Shown here in pieces: positions 26,284 to 36,816 of a DNA stretch of 64,000 nt. Source of the stretch: an uncultured Gammaproteobacteria bacterium (GTDB taxonomy: Bacteria > Patescibacteriota > Microgenomatia > CAZETR01 > Amesbacteraceae); the NCBI GenBank assembly GCA_964518565.1, contig CAZFGX010000001.1, forward strand, positions 11,046 through 75,045, read 5' to 3'. A program made the translations under genes and the position numbers. The notes under the pieces are model-generated. The model was not told the DNA's origin and did no database searches. It saw only the letters and a program-made list of their open reading frames with translations. Positions within the stretch are counted from its first letter, which is position 1. Every line of letters begins with the position of its first letter.

Positions 26284-27831
26284 CGAAAAGTTATCATCGA
26301 TTTGTGTTTTTTGGGTATTTGTTTAGCCATTTCGTTTTGGGTGATCAGTCGATCGTTGGCATACACAGCTCCTGAATCTACGCTTCAAATTGGCAGCAAA
26401 TACTGGAGTGACTTTGGTAGCCATTTACCACTAATTCGTTCATTTTCTCTGGGCCAAAATTGGCCACCACAACACCCGTTATACCCTGGTGAGCCGATCA
26501 AATATCACTTTGCCTTTTACGCACTTGTTGGAATATTAGAAAAAGCTGGAGTACCTCTCGCATTTGCCTTAAATATTCCCAGTAGTTTGGGTTTATTTTT
26601 TTTACTGGCACTTATTTTCGTGTTAGGAAAACGGCTTTTTTTAAGTCAGTTTGTAAGTTTTGTAGCCCCACTATTTATTTTATTTAATGGCAGTTTATCG
26701 TGGATAGAATTTTTACAAAAAAATTCATTAAACGAACTGACCTCTTTATCAAATTTTGTCTCGTTTGGACCATGGAACGGGAGCCAAATAGCTGCCATTT
26801 GGACACTAAATATTTTTACTAATCAACGCCACTTGGGTATATCCATCGGTGTAGCACTATGGCTGATATGTGTGTTATTTACTCGAAACAAAAAATATTA
26901 TGTATTGTTGGGAACAATGTTTGGCATCTTGTCGTTAATAAATATGGCGATTTCCCTGACCACACTCCCTTTTATAGCAATTGCCTTCCTGACCGAGAAG
27001 AAAGCAAAAACACTACTACTGTTATCTTTTGCCACAGCAATACCATGGATTATATTTTTAATTACATATGTTCGTCCAGATACACACATCACCTGGCATC
27101 TGGGATATCTCATACCTTCCCCGCTTGCGATCACAAATATCTATATATATTGGTTAAAAAACCTAGGACCTCATATTTTCCTTATCCCATTAGGATTTTT
27201 ACTATCTCCTAAAAAAGCAAAATACTTATTTGTACCCCTATTAATAATCTTTTTAATCCCAAATCTAGTTCAAATGTCACCAGATATATTTAATAATCAT
27301 AAATTTTTCAATGTATTTATTATCATCGGCAGTCTATTTTCTGCCTATGCAATTAAACGCTTAAAAGCAATCGGAATAGTTCTATTACCATTGGTAATTT
27401 TGGGAGGAATAGTCGATATATTTCCGTTAATAAATGAAACATTTGTTCCGCTATCAGATATACCAAAAAATCCAGATGTAGTATTTATTCAAAACCACAC
27501 AGAAAAAAATTCAGTCATATTAAACAGTTTTTGGTTTTATCATCCAGCCTCACTTGCGGGTCGATCAATTTTTAATGGCTACCCATATTTCACTTGGTCA
27601 TATGGATATGATGAAACTGCTCGCGAAAGACTCACGCAAACCATATATGCGGCACCTGACGCCCAGAGCGCCTGCCAACTACTTTCACAAAATCATATTC
27701 AGTATGTTGAGATTTCTCCTAATCATGAACAGTTTATTTCCCTTTCTAGTTTTTGGAACAATTGGTTAGTAGCATACACCAATTCAAGTACTGGGCTAAA
27801 ATTATATTCAGTCACCAAAAACTGTTTATGA
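26281..27831 (+). CDS. Polytopic membrane protein, probable GT-C glycosyltransferase
   Basis: WSDFGSHL...YHF first loop, ~11 TMs, C-terminal soluble domain (SLAGR). Confidence 0.7.
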   Translation: MRKVIIDLCFLGICLAISFWVISRSLAYTAPESTLQIGSKYWSDFGSHLPLIRSFSLGQNWPPQHPLYPGEPIKYHFAFYALVGILEKAGVPLAFALNIPSSLGLFFLLALIFVLGKRLFLSQFVSFVAPLFILFNGSLSWIEFLQKNSLNELTSLSNFVSFGPWNGSQIAAIWTLNIFTNQRHLGISIGVALWLICVLFTRNKKYYVLLGTMFGILSLINMAISLTTLPFIAIAFLTEKKAKTLLLLSFATAIPWIIFLITYVRPDTHITWHLGYLIPSPLAITNIYIYWLKNLGPHIFLIPLGFLLSPKKAKYLFVPLLIIFLIPNLVQMSPDIFNNHKFFNVFIIIGSLFSAYAIKRLKAIGIVLLPLVILGGIVDIFPLINETFVPLSDIPKNPDVVFIQNHTEKNSVILNSFWFYHPASLAGRSIFNGYPYFTWSYGYDETARERLTQTIYAAPDAQSACQLLSQNHIQYVEISPNHEQFISLSSFWNNWLVAYTNSSTGLKLYSVTKNCL

Positions 27832-29519
27832 TAAAAACTGCAATCTTACTAATAGTTATATTATTCATTGGTGGTCTGTTCCGTTTTTTTGGTCTGAATT
27901 GGGATCAAAACCAACATCTGAATCCTGACGAGCGGTTCTTGACAATGGTTGCCCAGAATTTACAAGTACCCCAGTCGATCCATCAGTATCTTAATACGAA
28001 TAAATCTCTTTTTAATCCTAATAATATCGGATATGACTTTTACGTTTACGGCACCTACCCAATCCACCTCATTAAAGGTTTAGCAATCTTGACTCAACAC
28101 GACAATTACACAGATATCACTCTGTTGGGCCGTCTTGTATCAGCCCTACTCGATACAGGTTCAATTCTTTTAATCTTTCTCATCGCCAGACGCCTACGTT
28201 TCTCAGATAAGGCTGCCCTCATTGCTAGTCTTTCATATGCCTGTATGGCGCTACCTATTCAACTCTCTCACTTTTTTACCGTCGATCCGTATGTTGTGTT
28301 CTTTTCTTTATTTACCATCTATTTCACTCTATGTATCGAATCAACGAGTATCGCTGCACTCCTCGCAGGCATGGGTTTTGGTTTGGCCGTTAGTGCAAAA
28401 ATATCCGGAGCCCTAGTTGCGGCTCCAGTACTATTAATTTGGATTGGATATTTGCTTCAAAAAAAACAATTCACTCGCATTGTAATTTCGGCCATTATAT
28501 TCACAATCTCGAGCGTCGTAACGCTTCGACTTGCATTCCCATATATCTTTGAAGCCACTGGATTAATACCTACAAACATAAACCCGAAGTTTATTACTGC
28601 GATCAAGCAACTTGAATCATTCAATACTACTGACGGTTGGTTTCCTCCATCTGTTCAGTGGATCAACATGTCCAAAGGTGTTTTCCCCCTTGAGAACATT
28701 CTTTTTTGGGGCATAGGTTTACCGTTGAGTATATGTCTATGTCTCAGTTTAATAAAAAGCCTTATATCCATAAAAAAAATTCCCCGTCTATTGGTACCTC
28801 TCAGTGTAATTATCGTAATCTATATTTATCAAAGTCTTCAGTTTGCTCAACCAATGCGCTATTTTTATCCCTTATATCCAGCAATGGCACTCATAATCGG
28901 TTTTGCTCTTTCTTCAATTCGCCAAAAAATCCCCCTCGTACTTATTTGTCTTAGTTTTATTGCTTGGCCATTGGCTGTATCAGCAATATACACCCGACCT
29001 CATACTCGGATAGTTGCTTCACATTGGATAAATCAGCACATACCTCCAAATAGTAAAATATCTTGCGAGCTCTGGGATGATTGTTTACCTCTCGGTGGGC
29101 CGGGTCAATATCAAATGGTCGAACTACCACTATATAATTCGGAAATTGGCGATAAATGGACCGATATCAATACCCGAATCAACTCTCTAGATTATATTAT
29201 TCTTTCAAGTAATAGATTATATGGATCAATAATGGCCAATCCCCAGTTGTATCCCCAAACCACGAATTGGTACAAAGATCTATTTACTGGCAAGTTAGGC
29301 TTCAAAAAAATTGCCGAATTTACTTCCCGCCCAACCCTACCCATTCCAGGTCTTCAACTCTGTCTTACTCCGCCAAATATTAACTATGGAGCTATCGCCA
29401 AAACAGATCAAAAATGTGACACAAGCGGACTATCTTTTGTAGATGATTATGCAGACGAGTCGTGGACAGTATATGACCATCCAAAAGTAATTATTTTTCA
29501 ACGGGTTTTTGCACAATAA
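27828..29519 (+). CDS. GT39/PMT-like GT-C glycosyltransferase
   Basis: GLNWDQNQHLNPDERF, FYVYG, SHFFTVD, MRYFYP, YDHP. Confidence 0.85.
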   Translation: MIKTAILLIVILFIGGLFRFFGLNWDQNQHLNPDERFLTMVAQNLQVPQSIHQYLNTNKSLFNPNNIGYDFYVYGTYPIHLIKGLAILTQHDNYTDITLLGRLVSALLDTGSILLIFLIARRLRFSDKAALIASLSYACMALPIQLSHFFTVDPYVVFFSLFTIYFTLCIESTSIAALLAGMGFGLAVSAKISGALVAAPVLLIWIGYLLQKKQFTRIVISAIIFTISSVVTLRLAFPYIFEATGLIPTNINPKFITAIKQLESFNTTDGWFPPSVQWINMSKGVFPLENILFWGIGLPLSICLCLSLIKSLISIKKIPRLLVPLSVIIVIYIYQSLQFAQPMRYFYPLYPAMALIIGFALSSIRQKIPLVLICLSFIAWPLAVSAIYTRPHTRIVASHWINQHIPPNSKISCELWDDCLPLGGPGQYQMVELPLYNSEIGDKWTDINTRINSLDYIILSSNRLYGSIMANPQLYPQTTNWYKDLFTGKLGFKKIAEFTSRPTLPIPGLQLCLTPPNINYGAIAKTDQKCDTSGLSFVDDYADESWTVYDHPKVIIFQRVFAQ

Positions 29520-30339
29520 CCACTAGATTTACGCATGAAGTCCGGTCTGTTTCTCTGTGTTCATTCTTCTTGTCCCAAAAATCGATCCAAAACCGACAAA
29601 TTCGAAACCAAATAGATGGCTGCTCGTTAGAAGAAGTTTTATGTTCAAAACGATTAAACTCCTTTAACCAGCCCAGTTCTACAATATTTTTCCCTATCCC
29701 ATACAACAAAAAATGTGCCATTGGCATACAAAAAGTCGTGCATTCCCATAATTGATGAATGTTAAATTTTGTTTGAAGAATTTTTTCCTCCAGTTCCGTT
29801 TTTGTGTAAAGTCGTACATGATCGGCCCAAATTCCAGCCAACCACCAAATATGTGCTGGTACATGTGTGCCAAAAAATCGCTCTAAAACCCAGTTTATTG
29901 GATCCCATAAAAAGGGATAAGTTGCACTTGGCACAGTTAGTATTGCTCGACCACCAGGTTTAAGTACCCGAAATATCTCATGCAACACCTGGACATCGTC
30001 AGGTACATGTTCTAGTAGTTCAGAACAAATTACTACATCCATTGATCCTTTGGTAAACGGCAGGTTCGTCGCATCACCTTCGGATATCTTTGCGTTTGTT
30101 TTGGCCAAAAGTCGAGATGCAATGGCAACGTATGAAGGATTCTTATCAATACCAAATACTGCAGTCTTTGGCGACAATTCCAAAATACTTTGTAAATAAA
30201 AACCTCTCCCACTTCCTACATCCAACACTTTAGTTGTCGGCGTCAACTGTAAAGATTCCAAGACTAGTCTTGCCCGCCGTCTGTAAGCGGGATCCAATTC
30301 GTAAAATAAAAGTTGATCAATTTTGGATGAGTGTTTCAT
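29491..30339 (-). CDS. Class I SAM-dependent methyltransferase
   Basis: VLDVGSGRG, GDATNLPF, LEHV, RVLKPGG. Confidence 0.9.
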   Translation of the reverse strand: MKHSSKIDQLLFYELDPAYRRRARLVLESLQLTPTTKVLDVGSGRGFYLQSILELSPKTAVFGIDKNPSYVAIASRLLAKTNAKISEGDATNLPFTKGSMDVVICSELLEHVPDDVQVLHEIFRVLKPGGRAILTVPSATYPFLWDPINWVLERFFGTHVPAHIWWLAGIWADHVRLYTKTELEEKILQTKFNIHQLWECTTFCMPMAHFLLYGIGKNIVELGWLKEFNRFEHKTSSNEQPSIWFRICRFWIDFWDKKNEHRETDRTSCVNLVVIVQKPVEK

Positions 30340-31438
30340 ATGCATGAATTGATGCATTAAAATCGAATAGTCGTTGAACAGCTTGTGGTGATACATGATA
30401 TTTTTTTGGTTGAGTTAACATATCCACAATTGCTTCAGCTAACGCATTTGGATGTTCTGTCGGTACTACGATCCCCATACCCGTTTGTAGTACTGGCCAA
30501 CGAGCTCCGGGAATATTAGTAACTACTATTGGCACACCAGCCAACATTGCCTCCATTTGTGTAGTAGGAAAACAGTCACTTCGTGAAGAGATGACAAATG
30601 CGTCCAAAACAGAATAAAAGCCCGCCATTTCGTCTCGATCCAATCTTCCTAAAAAAACTAACCATGGTGACAATGTTTCTCGTGTCTGTTTTTGTCGTTC
30701 AAAAAATGTTTCATAAACCATATGTGTCTCACCTGCAAAAACAAATTGAACATTTGGAATTTTGGCTACCACATAGGGGATAGCAGCAAATAAAATATCA
30801 AACCCTTTCTCTTCAACAAACCTTCCAGCAAACCCTACGATATATTTGCTTTTCCCAATTTGTTTTTTAATCCGAACAACTGCCGCTGGTGATGGTAGGG
30901 ATAGTTGAATGGGGGTCAAAATTACACGCCATTTTTTCGCGTATGGCGCCAGAAGCCGTGACTGCTTAGCATAATCTTCAGTGTGAACGACAATATTTTT
31001 TGCGACTCTACATGCAATATCAGTCGTAAAGTAATATATCCATTCCAAAATCGGTTTGATCGCTCCATTCGGCAGTACTAAATCTCCATTGTGAACCAGA
31101 TACAATTTTTTACCCAAAACCGCAACCAAGAGTGAAACATATAAAATTTCTGCCAGCGGCAAAAACACGACAATCCGATCGTTTGATTGTATCTCTCGTA
31201 TCAACCTCCAAAGAAATGCAACAGAAACCATCGATCTAGAGACTCTAAACAATGTTGCACATCGAATCACTCGGACACCGTTAACTATTTCTTCTGGTAA
31301 TAAATTCTTTTCATGGGCGGTTGTTAAAACAGTTACATCATGGCCGTTTTTTGTATACGCTTCGGCAATAGTTTTGGCATATTGACTCAAGCCAGTCCAG
31401 TAGGGATGGTAATAAGTTAGAACTAGTAAGACCTTCAT
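30317..31438 (-). CDS. GT4 family glycosyltransferase
   Basis: GFAGRFVEEKG, DCFPTTQMEAM (E/Dx7E) motif. Confidence 0.9.
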   Translation of the reverse strand: MKVLLVLTYYHPYWTGLSQYAKTIAEAYTKNGHDVTVLTTAHEKNLLPEEIVNGVRVIRCATLFRVSRSMVSVAFLWRLIREIQSNDRIVVFLPLAEILYVSLLVAVLGKKLYLVHNGDLVLPNGAIKPILEWIYYFTTDIACRVAKNIVVHTEDYAKQSRLLAPYAKKWRVILTPIQLSLPSPAAVVRIKKQIGKSKYIVGFAGRFVEEKGFDILFAAIPYVVAKIPNVQFVFAGETHMVYETFFERQKQTRETLSPWLVFLGRLDRDEMAGFYSVLDAFVISSRSDCFPTTQMEAMLAGVPIVVTNIPGARWPVLQTGMGIVVPTEHPNALAEAIVDMLTQPKKYHVSPQAVQRLFDFNASIHAYETLIQN

Positions 31439-32019
31439 CCTTTTTGTGCTACGATCCATTTCAAAGCTTCTTCTAAATAACCAAATCCTGGCCGATGTTT
31501 TTGTAAAAACGTGTCAATGAAGTTATAGATCCAGCAAACAGTTGTGTTCTTGATTCTAGTAGATGAGTCTAAATATGACACAATATCTAGATTATCCTCT
31601 ACAAAAAAATCGAATTTCTTTTCAGCTATTATTCGTTCTTTAAACAGATGTGGTTGTTCATTTTTTGCATTAATTGTCACGGTTTTAAAAATTCCATTCA
31701 GTTGATATCGTTCTAGCCAGTCTTGTAAATTCTGGTTCAAAAAATCAAATCGCGCTGTCACGAGATGAAACTCAAATTGTCCTGAATCAGCCAGTGTTCG
31801 CAATAAACCAATTCCGCGTGCTGGAAAAATGCTTGATTCGTGAACCAAAACCCACATCCAACGTTGCCATGGTTGTTTTGGAACAAAAAATTTCAATTTT
31901 TTCACTCCAAATATTCGGCGTTTAATAAAGGTCATAGGGGCCCGAATAATTCGTGCTGGGTTATAGGCTACCACTCCATCAAAATCCAACCCTACACATA
32001 CAATTTTCCGTTTAACCAT
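31435..32019 (-). CDS. HAD-superfamily hydrolase (5'-nucleotidase-like)
   Basis: GLDFDGV, VTAR, K, VEDN motifs. Confidence 0.8.
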   Translation of the reverse strand: MVKRKIVCVGLDFDGVVAYNPARIIRAPMTFIKRRIFGVKKLKFFVPKQPWQRWMWVLVHESSIFPARGIGLLRTLADSGQFEFHLVTARFDFLNQNLQDWLERYQLNGIFKTVTINAKNEQPHLFKERIIAEKKFDFFVEDNLDIVSYLDSSTRIKNTTVCWIYNFIDTFLQKHRPGFGYLEEALKWIVAQKG

Positions 32020-32033
32020 TTGTTGATTGTAAC

Positions 32034-33452
32034 TTAGACGACTCGCTTGTACCACCACAGACCAGATATCACAAAGATAGCCCCTAATCCTATAAGCATA
32101 AATGTTGGCAAATCATAACCTGATCGAGGTAATGCTGAGTCAGTTGCTGGCACAGTACGTGGGACTGTTGTAGGTTTGGGCGTAGTCGAGACTGTTGGGG
32201 TGACTTTGGCAGTCGGTGAAGCTTGAGGAGTAATAGATGCTCGGGGAGTAGTAGATACTCGCGGTGTGGGCGAAGGAGTCACTAGCATTTGGGTAGGACT
32301 AGGCGAAAGAGTTGCAGATGGAGTAGCCGAGTAGTAGGGGACATTGCTTTCTCCTGCTGCATATACGGTAAAGGATCTGGTTATAGTTTTCATTGCCCCA
32401 TCAATCAAGGCAGTAATGGTTACTGTATGTTCTCCAGGGCTTAAGTCTTGGGGTACATTGAATGAAAAATTTCCACTCGAGTTAGCCACAACAGTTCCAC
32501 TAACTAGTTCTGTCGAGTGCACCTCAATCTTCACTTCAGTCCCTGCTGGCGCATTCCCAATTATTTGTGGACGATTAGAATTGATATTCTCTCCAAATTT
32601 TGGCGCGAGTAAAATCAGTTGTCCAGCCTCACTAACCTCCGGTTCTTGGGCAGAACTCGACAATTTAGAAATTCCGGAAGCGCTAGCTGTCGATGGAGTT
32701 GTAGATTCTCCAGAAGTAGATATTTGCTGGCCAAGAGTAATTTGTGGTACTGGACTATGTGCCGAAAGTGGTAAGCTCAAGGTCATAGTATCTTGCCCTA
32801 CAGGCCGAATAACCATGGTCATGAATCCACTAGTCGAGTTATAGCTACCAAAAGATCCTAGATCCATAGATCTTCCAGTTGAAAGTGGCACTACCCAAGA
32901 TCCAGAAGATTTAACCATGCCCACGAGCTCACTCATTCCTGGAATCGTAATGTATACCAAAGCACCATCGGCAGGTTCACCGGCTTGTGTCACAATCTGT
33001 CCATAAGCTACGTCAGCTGCCGGAGTTGGTGACAGGGTGGGTCCTGTGGCGATCTCATACAATTGCCCATTTTTGTCATAAACATTTCTGCCAGATCCAA
33101 CGCGAAAATGATATTTTGTCTCAGGCTTTAGGCCTCGTACCACCACATAATGAGTCATATAATTACCAATTGCTCCTTTTTGTTGGTCTCGCTCATCAGA
33201 TACGACCAAATCCGGTTCTCCAGTCATTTCGCCATATTGAATAAACCCCGACACTTGATTAGTGGTCGTCCAACTGACTACAAAACTTGTATCAAAAATA
33301 TTACTAATTTTAATATTTTGTGGTTCATCTCCAGCAGAAGCCAAAATACGTTGCCTAAGCTGTCCTGATATGAGCCATAATCCCGAAACTAGACCTACGA
33401 CTGCAACAAATAATCCCAACAATGTTGGTATGCGTATCTCTCTATGTTTCAT
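32034..33452 (-). CDS. Surface protein: FN3-like and Ig-like domains, S/T/P linker, LPxSG-TM-basic tail
   Basis: SFVVSWTT...HYVVVRGLKPETKYHF; PQIIG...GEHTVTI; LPRSG + hydrophobic helix + KR. Confidence 0.8.
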   Translation of the reverse strand: MKHREIRIPTLLGLFVAVVGLVSGLWLISGQLRQRILASAGDEPQNIKISNIFDTSFVVSWTTTNQVSGFIQYGEMTGEPDLVVSDERDQQKGAIGNYMTHYVVVRGLKPETKYHFRVGSGRNVYDKNGQLYEIATGPTLSPTPAADVAYGQIVTQAGEPADGALVYITIPGMSELVGMVKSSGSWVVPLSTGRSMDLGSFGSYNSTSGFMTMVIRPVGQDTMTLSLPLSAHSPVPQITLGQQISTSGESTTPSTASASGISKLSSSAQEPEVSEAGQLILLAPKFGENINSNRPQIIGNAPAGTEVKIEVHSTELVSGTVVANSSGNFSFNVPQDLSPGEHTVTITALIDGAMKTITRSFTVYAAGESNVPYYSATPSATLSPSPTQMLVTPSPTPRVSTTPRASITPQASPTAKVTPTVSTTPKPTTVPRTVPATDSALPRSGYDLPTFMLIGLGAIFVISGLWWYKRVV

Positions 33453-33649
33453 GGCTCTCTTTGTTCTAAAGTTGTTAATATGGCGGTGTTTAATTGTGGA
33501 GTAAGTGGCTCCAAAAGTGCATCCACTCCTTCAACAGGGGCAGGCTTTGTGTATGCACGATAAATTTCAAATCCTGCCCAAATAGAAACCGTCAACAATC
33601 CCGAGGTTAATAAAAAAATCATATCCCTAATAACGTAATTTTTTTTCAT
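33449..33649 (-). CDS. Small single-TM protein in pil operon
   Basis: 4-nt overlaps with both neighbours; N-terminal TM. Confidence 0.65.
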   Translation of the reverse strand: MKKNYVIRDMIFLLTSGLLTVSIWAGFEIYRAYTKPAPVEGVDALLEPLTPQLNTAILTTLEQREP

Positions 33650-34308
33650 GGTTGTAACAAGTGATTGGCATACCCAACCATTCCAGTAAACGTCCCCATC
33701 AGTGTACCATCTTTATCTTTGCTGATGTCAACTTGACTGTACATCGCAATACGTCTCAAATTTTCCACTTTGGCACCAAAATCCCGTAGTTGTTCAAAGC
33801 TGCCTGTTGCTCGAATCGTAAACGGGATGCCCACCACTCCAGTTGGAAGAAGAGATTTAGTTGTCGCCACTTGATTCGGTGCATTCAGCGGTTTTGGTGG
33901 CGCCTCTCCACTTACTTGAATGCCATTTACGCTCACACTTTGAATAGCTACCCCACTCGTCTCAGCCCTCAGTTGCACGCTTTGGATCCACGGAATCCAA
34001 ACTGCATCTTTTGGCAACGCCTCATCGATGAGTCCAATTTTATCTTGCTGAGCTTGCAATACATTACTAGCTTCTTGAACAGCCACGATTTTATCTGACA
34101 ATTTTTTATACAAGTCTTGCTGTTCATGGATCTGCCCCAACAATCCTGCAATAGTCACTAGTGTTGGCCGCAATGCAAAAACAATCAGAGTAATAATAAG
34201 TGTCAATGAAAAAATCGTAAACATGCCAGCCTGCCAAACTAGAGAACGTTGATTCATCTGCAAAAACTGTCGATATCTTACTAAGCTATTTTTATATGTG
34301 AGTGCCAT
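33646..34308 (-). CDS. pilO: Type IV pilus assembly protein PilO-like
   Basis: TM, coiled coil, ALP, GSFEQLRDF..KVENLRRI; follows pilN. Confidence 0.75.
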   Translation of the reverse strand: MALTYKNSLVRYRQFLQMNQRSLVWQAGMFTIFSLTLIITLIVFALRPTLVTIAGLLGQIHEQQDLYKKLSDKIVAVQEASNVLQAQQDKIGLIDEALPKDAVWIPWIQSVQLRAETSGVAIQSVSVNGIQVSGEAPPKPLNAPNQVATTKSLLPTGVVGIPFTIRATGSFEQLRDFGAKVENLRRIAMYSQVDISKDKDGTLMGTFTGMVGYANHLLQP

Positions 34309-34309
34309 A

Positions 34310-34843
34310 TTATTTAGGAATGACCAAAGAAAATGAAATAACACTTCCGTTTTCTGTGGACAGATTGGTCAAATTCAATTCTTTCCAATTTGGATTCTTG
34401 CCCATTGCCAAAAGCATTTGTCCTAGTGCTGTTTCCGAATTTGTAGTGCCAGCTAATGAAATGTCTGAAGTCCTTATAAACAGTGACTCAAGTTTTACTT
34501 CTTGAGGTAGGGTGGCAAGTAATCCATCTAGCTGTTCAGACAGCTTCATTTGGCTGTTCAACATCGTCTGAGCTACATCCAGCTTCTTTTGTATTTCTCG
34601 AAACCCCTTTTCTTGCTCTGACTGACTAGCAATAATTCGCTTTTCACCTTCAATAGAAGCAGATAAATCAGATAATTCCTGATCCAATTTAAATCTGGAC
34701 AAAAAGGCAATAATGACGATTGCTTCAACTAAAATAATAATATAGCGACCAGAAGTAATTGCCCAGTGTAAAAACCTACCTACAAACGAAACCTCAAATT
34801 CCGACTGGGGCAACAAATTAATACCATGAGAACGGGCAGACAT
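34310..34843 (-). CDS. pilN: Type IV pilus assembly protein PilN-like
   Basis: INLLP motif, TM, coiled coil, LP..V.L..L, ISLAG. Confidence 0.82.
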   Translation of the reverse strand: MSARSHGINLLPQSEFEVSFVGRFLHWAITSGRYIIILVEAIVIIAFLSRFKLDQELSDLSASIEGEKRIIASQSEQEKGFREIQKKLDVAQTMLNSQMKLSEQLDGLLATLPQEVKLESLFIRTSDISLAGTTNSETALGQMLLAMGKNPNWKELNLTNLSTENGSVISFSLVIPK

Positions 34844-34868
34844 AGATGAATTAAAGTATAGCAGGGAG

Positions 34869-35111
34869 CTACTTTTTCTTCATCAGAAGTTTGGTCAAGC
34901 GCGATTTGAGCCGAGCTGCCTTATTTGGATGCATGACCCCTTTTTTGGCCGAACGATCTAAGGCTGAAAAAGCCGTAGCCAAAGAGTCTTTTGATGGTTT
35001 TTTTCGGGCTAAAGACAACGATTTTGAGGCTGTTCTCCGTGTTTTGGAGTTTGAAGCAGCCTTTCGCTTGTCAGCTCGTTGTTTTCGAATAGCCCCTACC
35101 GTAAGTGGCAT
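34869..35111 (-). CDS. rpsT: 30S ribosomal protein S20
   Basis: MP...AIRKQR, LDRSAKKGVMHPNKAARLKSRL. Confidence 0.95.
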   Translation of the reverse strand: MPLTVGAIRKQRADKRKAASNSKTRRTASKSLSLARKKPSKDSLATAFSALDRSAKKGVMHPNKAARLKSRLTKLLMKKK

Positions 35112-35133
35112 AAACATACGTATAATATCACAC

Positions 35134-36816
35134 GTGCGGCAACTTCTCAAAAACGGCTCATCATTATTGTTCCGTCCTCAGACAAGTATTTTGTCTGCGG
35201 CATTTATCATTATGGTCACATATGGCCTGTCTCATCTGATGGGGCTCCTAAAAACACGTCTACTGATTTCGTACTTTTTTGGTGCCAATGCCTATGTTCT
35301 CGATGTGTATTACGCTGCCTTTGTCGTACCTGACACTCTTTTTCAGCTTTTAGTGCTCGGTTCGATATCAGCCGCATTTATTCCAGTTTTCACTCGTTAC
35401 TTAGAAAAAAAACAAGACAAACAGGCTTGGCACATCGCCCGAGCCTCACTCACTCTGACTCTAGTAGTTTTTCTGTGTCTGTGTCTATTGTTGTTTATAT
35501 TCGCCTGGCCAATCTCCAAAATCCTGGCCCCTGGGTTTACGCCAGTACAAATGGCCTCACTAGTCCAAATTACTCGTTTACTCACAGTTGCTCAAATATT
35601 TTTTTGTATCTCTGGGTTTCTCAGTGCCATCATTCAGTCGCACAACCGGTTTCTTGCTCCAGCGTTAGCGCCAATTATTTATAATATTGGCATTATTGCT
35701 GGGATAATATTTCTCTCTCCGACCATGGGTATCATGGGTCCTGCAATAGGTGCAGTTTTAGGTGCTTTATTACACATGGCTGTACAGATGCCTGTCGCGA
35801 TCAAATTGGGGTTCAAGCCGCTACCACTGTTTGACCGCCAACATCCTGGAGTAAAAGAAATTCTTCGCCTCATTCCACCTCGCTCATTAGCTTTAGGTGT
35901 AGATCAAATTGAACAGCTGGTAGCTGTAGGCTTGGCCTCTACCTTATTTCCCGGTTCGCTTTCGATTCTAAATGTCGCTCGAATGCTCTATACCATTCCT
36001 TCATCTTTGTTTGGTGTCACCATTGGTCAAGCCGCTTTACCCACGCTTGCTCGTCAATCAAATGCAAACGACAAAATTGGCTTTATCCATACATTGATTG
36101 GTGCCCTACGTCAAATTATCTTTTTAGCCCTTCCTCTTAGTGTTTTGTTTATTGTTCTGCGTATTCCTATTGTCCGTATAGTCTTTGGTGCCAAATCCTT
36201 TCCTTGGTCAGCAACATTGCTCACTGGTAAAACTGCCGCAATTCTCATTTTATCTTCCGCCAGCGTTGCCGTATCTCAACTAATCGCGCGTGGATTTTAT
36301 GCCCTCCACGACACTTCTACTCCTCTGAGTGTCGGACTTGTTGCTGCAATCATAAATTCAGCCATGTCATTCATATTCGTCAAAATATTTGGTTGGGGAG
36401 TTATTGGATTGGCCGTTAGTATCTCCCTCACCAGTTTAATAGAAACATTCATCTTATTTTTATTTCTTTCCAAGAAAGTTTCCCGTCAGACTTCACACAA
36501 CCTCTCCTTGGACCGTGAGCTGACCATCCCGATTGCCAAAATGTTAATCGTCTCAATTGTCACCGGACTCAGTCTGTGGTTGCCGATGCGCTTACTTGAT
36601 CAATTTGTCTTCGATACGACCCGAACTGTTCCATTAGTTATTCTGACTAGTATCACTTCAATCATTGGCATTGTGGTCTACGGTATTTTTTCCTATCTAT
36701 TTCATGTCAGTGAACTAAACGTTGTTTTTACGCTTATATCTAAACTTGGAAATATTCGAAATCTCATAAAATCAAATCCGGCACCAGTTCTTGTTACTTC
36801 CCCCGACGAAAGTTAA
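35134..36816 (+). CDS. murJ: Lipid II flippase MurJ
   Basis: AAFVVPD, SAAFIPVF, RGFYALHDT; GTG start 7 nt after TATAAT. Confidence 0.93.
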   Translation: MRQLLKNGSSLLFRPQTSILSAAFIIMVTYGLSHLMGLLKTRLLISYFFGANAYVLDVYYAAFVVPDTLFQLLVLGSISAAFIPVFTRYLEKKQDKQAWHIARASLTLTLVVFLCLCLLLFIFAWPISKILAPGFTPVQMASLVQITRLLTVAQIFFCISGFLSAIIQSHNRFLAPALAPIIYNIGIIAGIIFLSPTMGIMGPAIGAVLGALLHMAVQMPVAIKLGFKPLPLFDRQHPGVKEILRLIPPRSLALGVDQIEQLVAVGLASTLFPGSLSILNVARMLYTIPSSLFGVTIGQAALPTLARQSNANDKIGFIHTLIGALRQIIFLALPLSVLFIVLRIPIVRIVFGAKSFPWSATLLTGKTAAILILSSASVAVSQLIARGFYALHDTSTPLSVGLVAAIINSAMSFIFVKIFGWGVIGLAVSISLTSLIETFILFLFLSKKVSRQTSHNLSLDRELTIPIAKMLIVSIVTGLSLWLPMRLLDQFVFDTTRTVPLVILTSITSIIGIVVYGIFSYLFHVSELNVVFTLISKLGNIRNLIKSNPAPVLVTSPDES

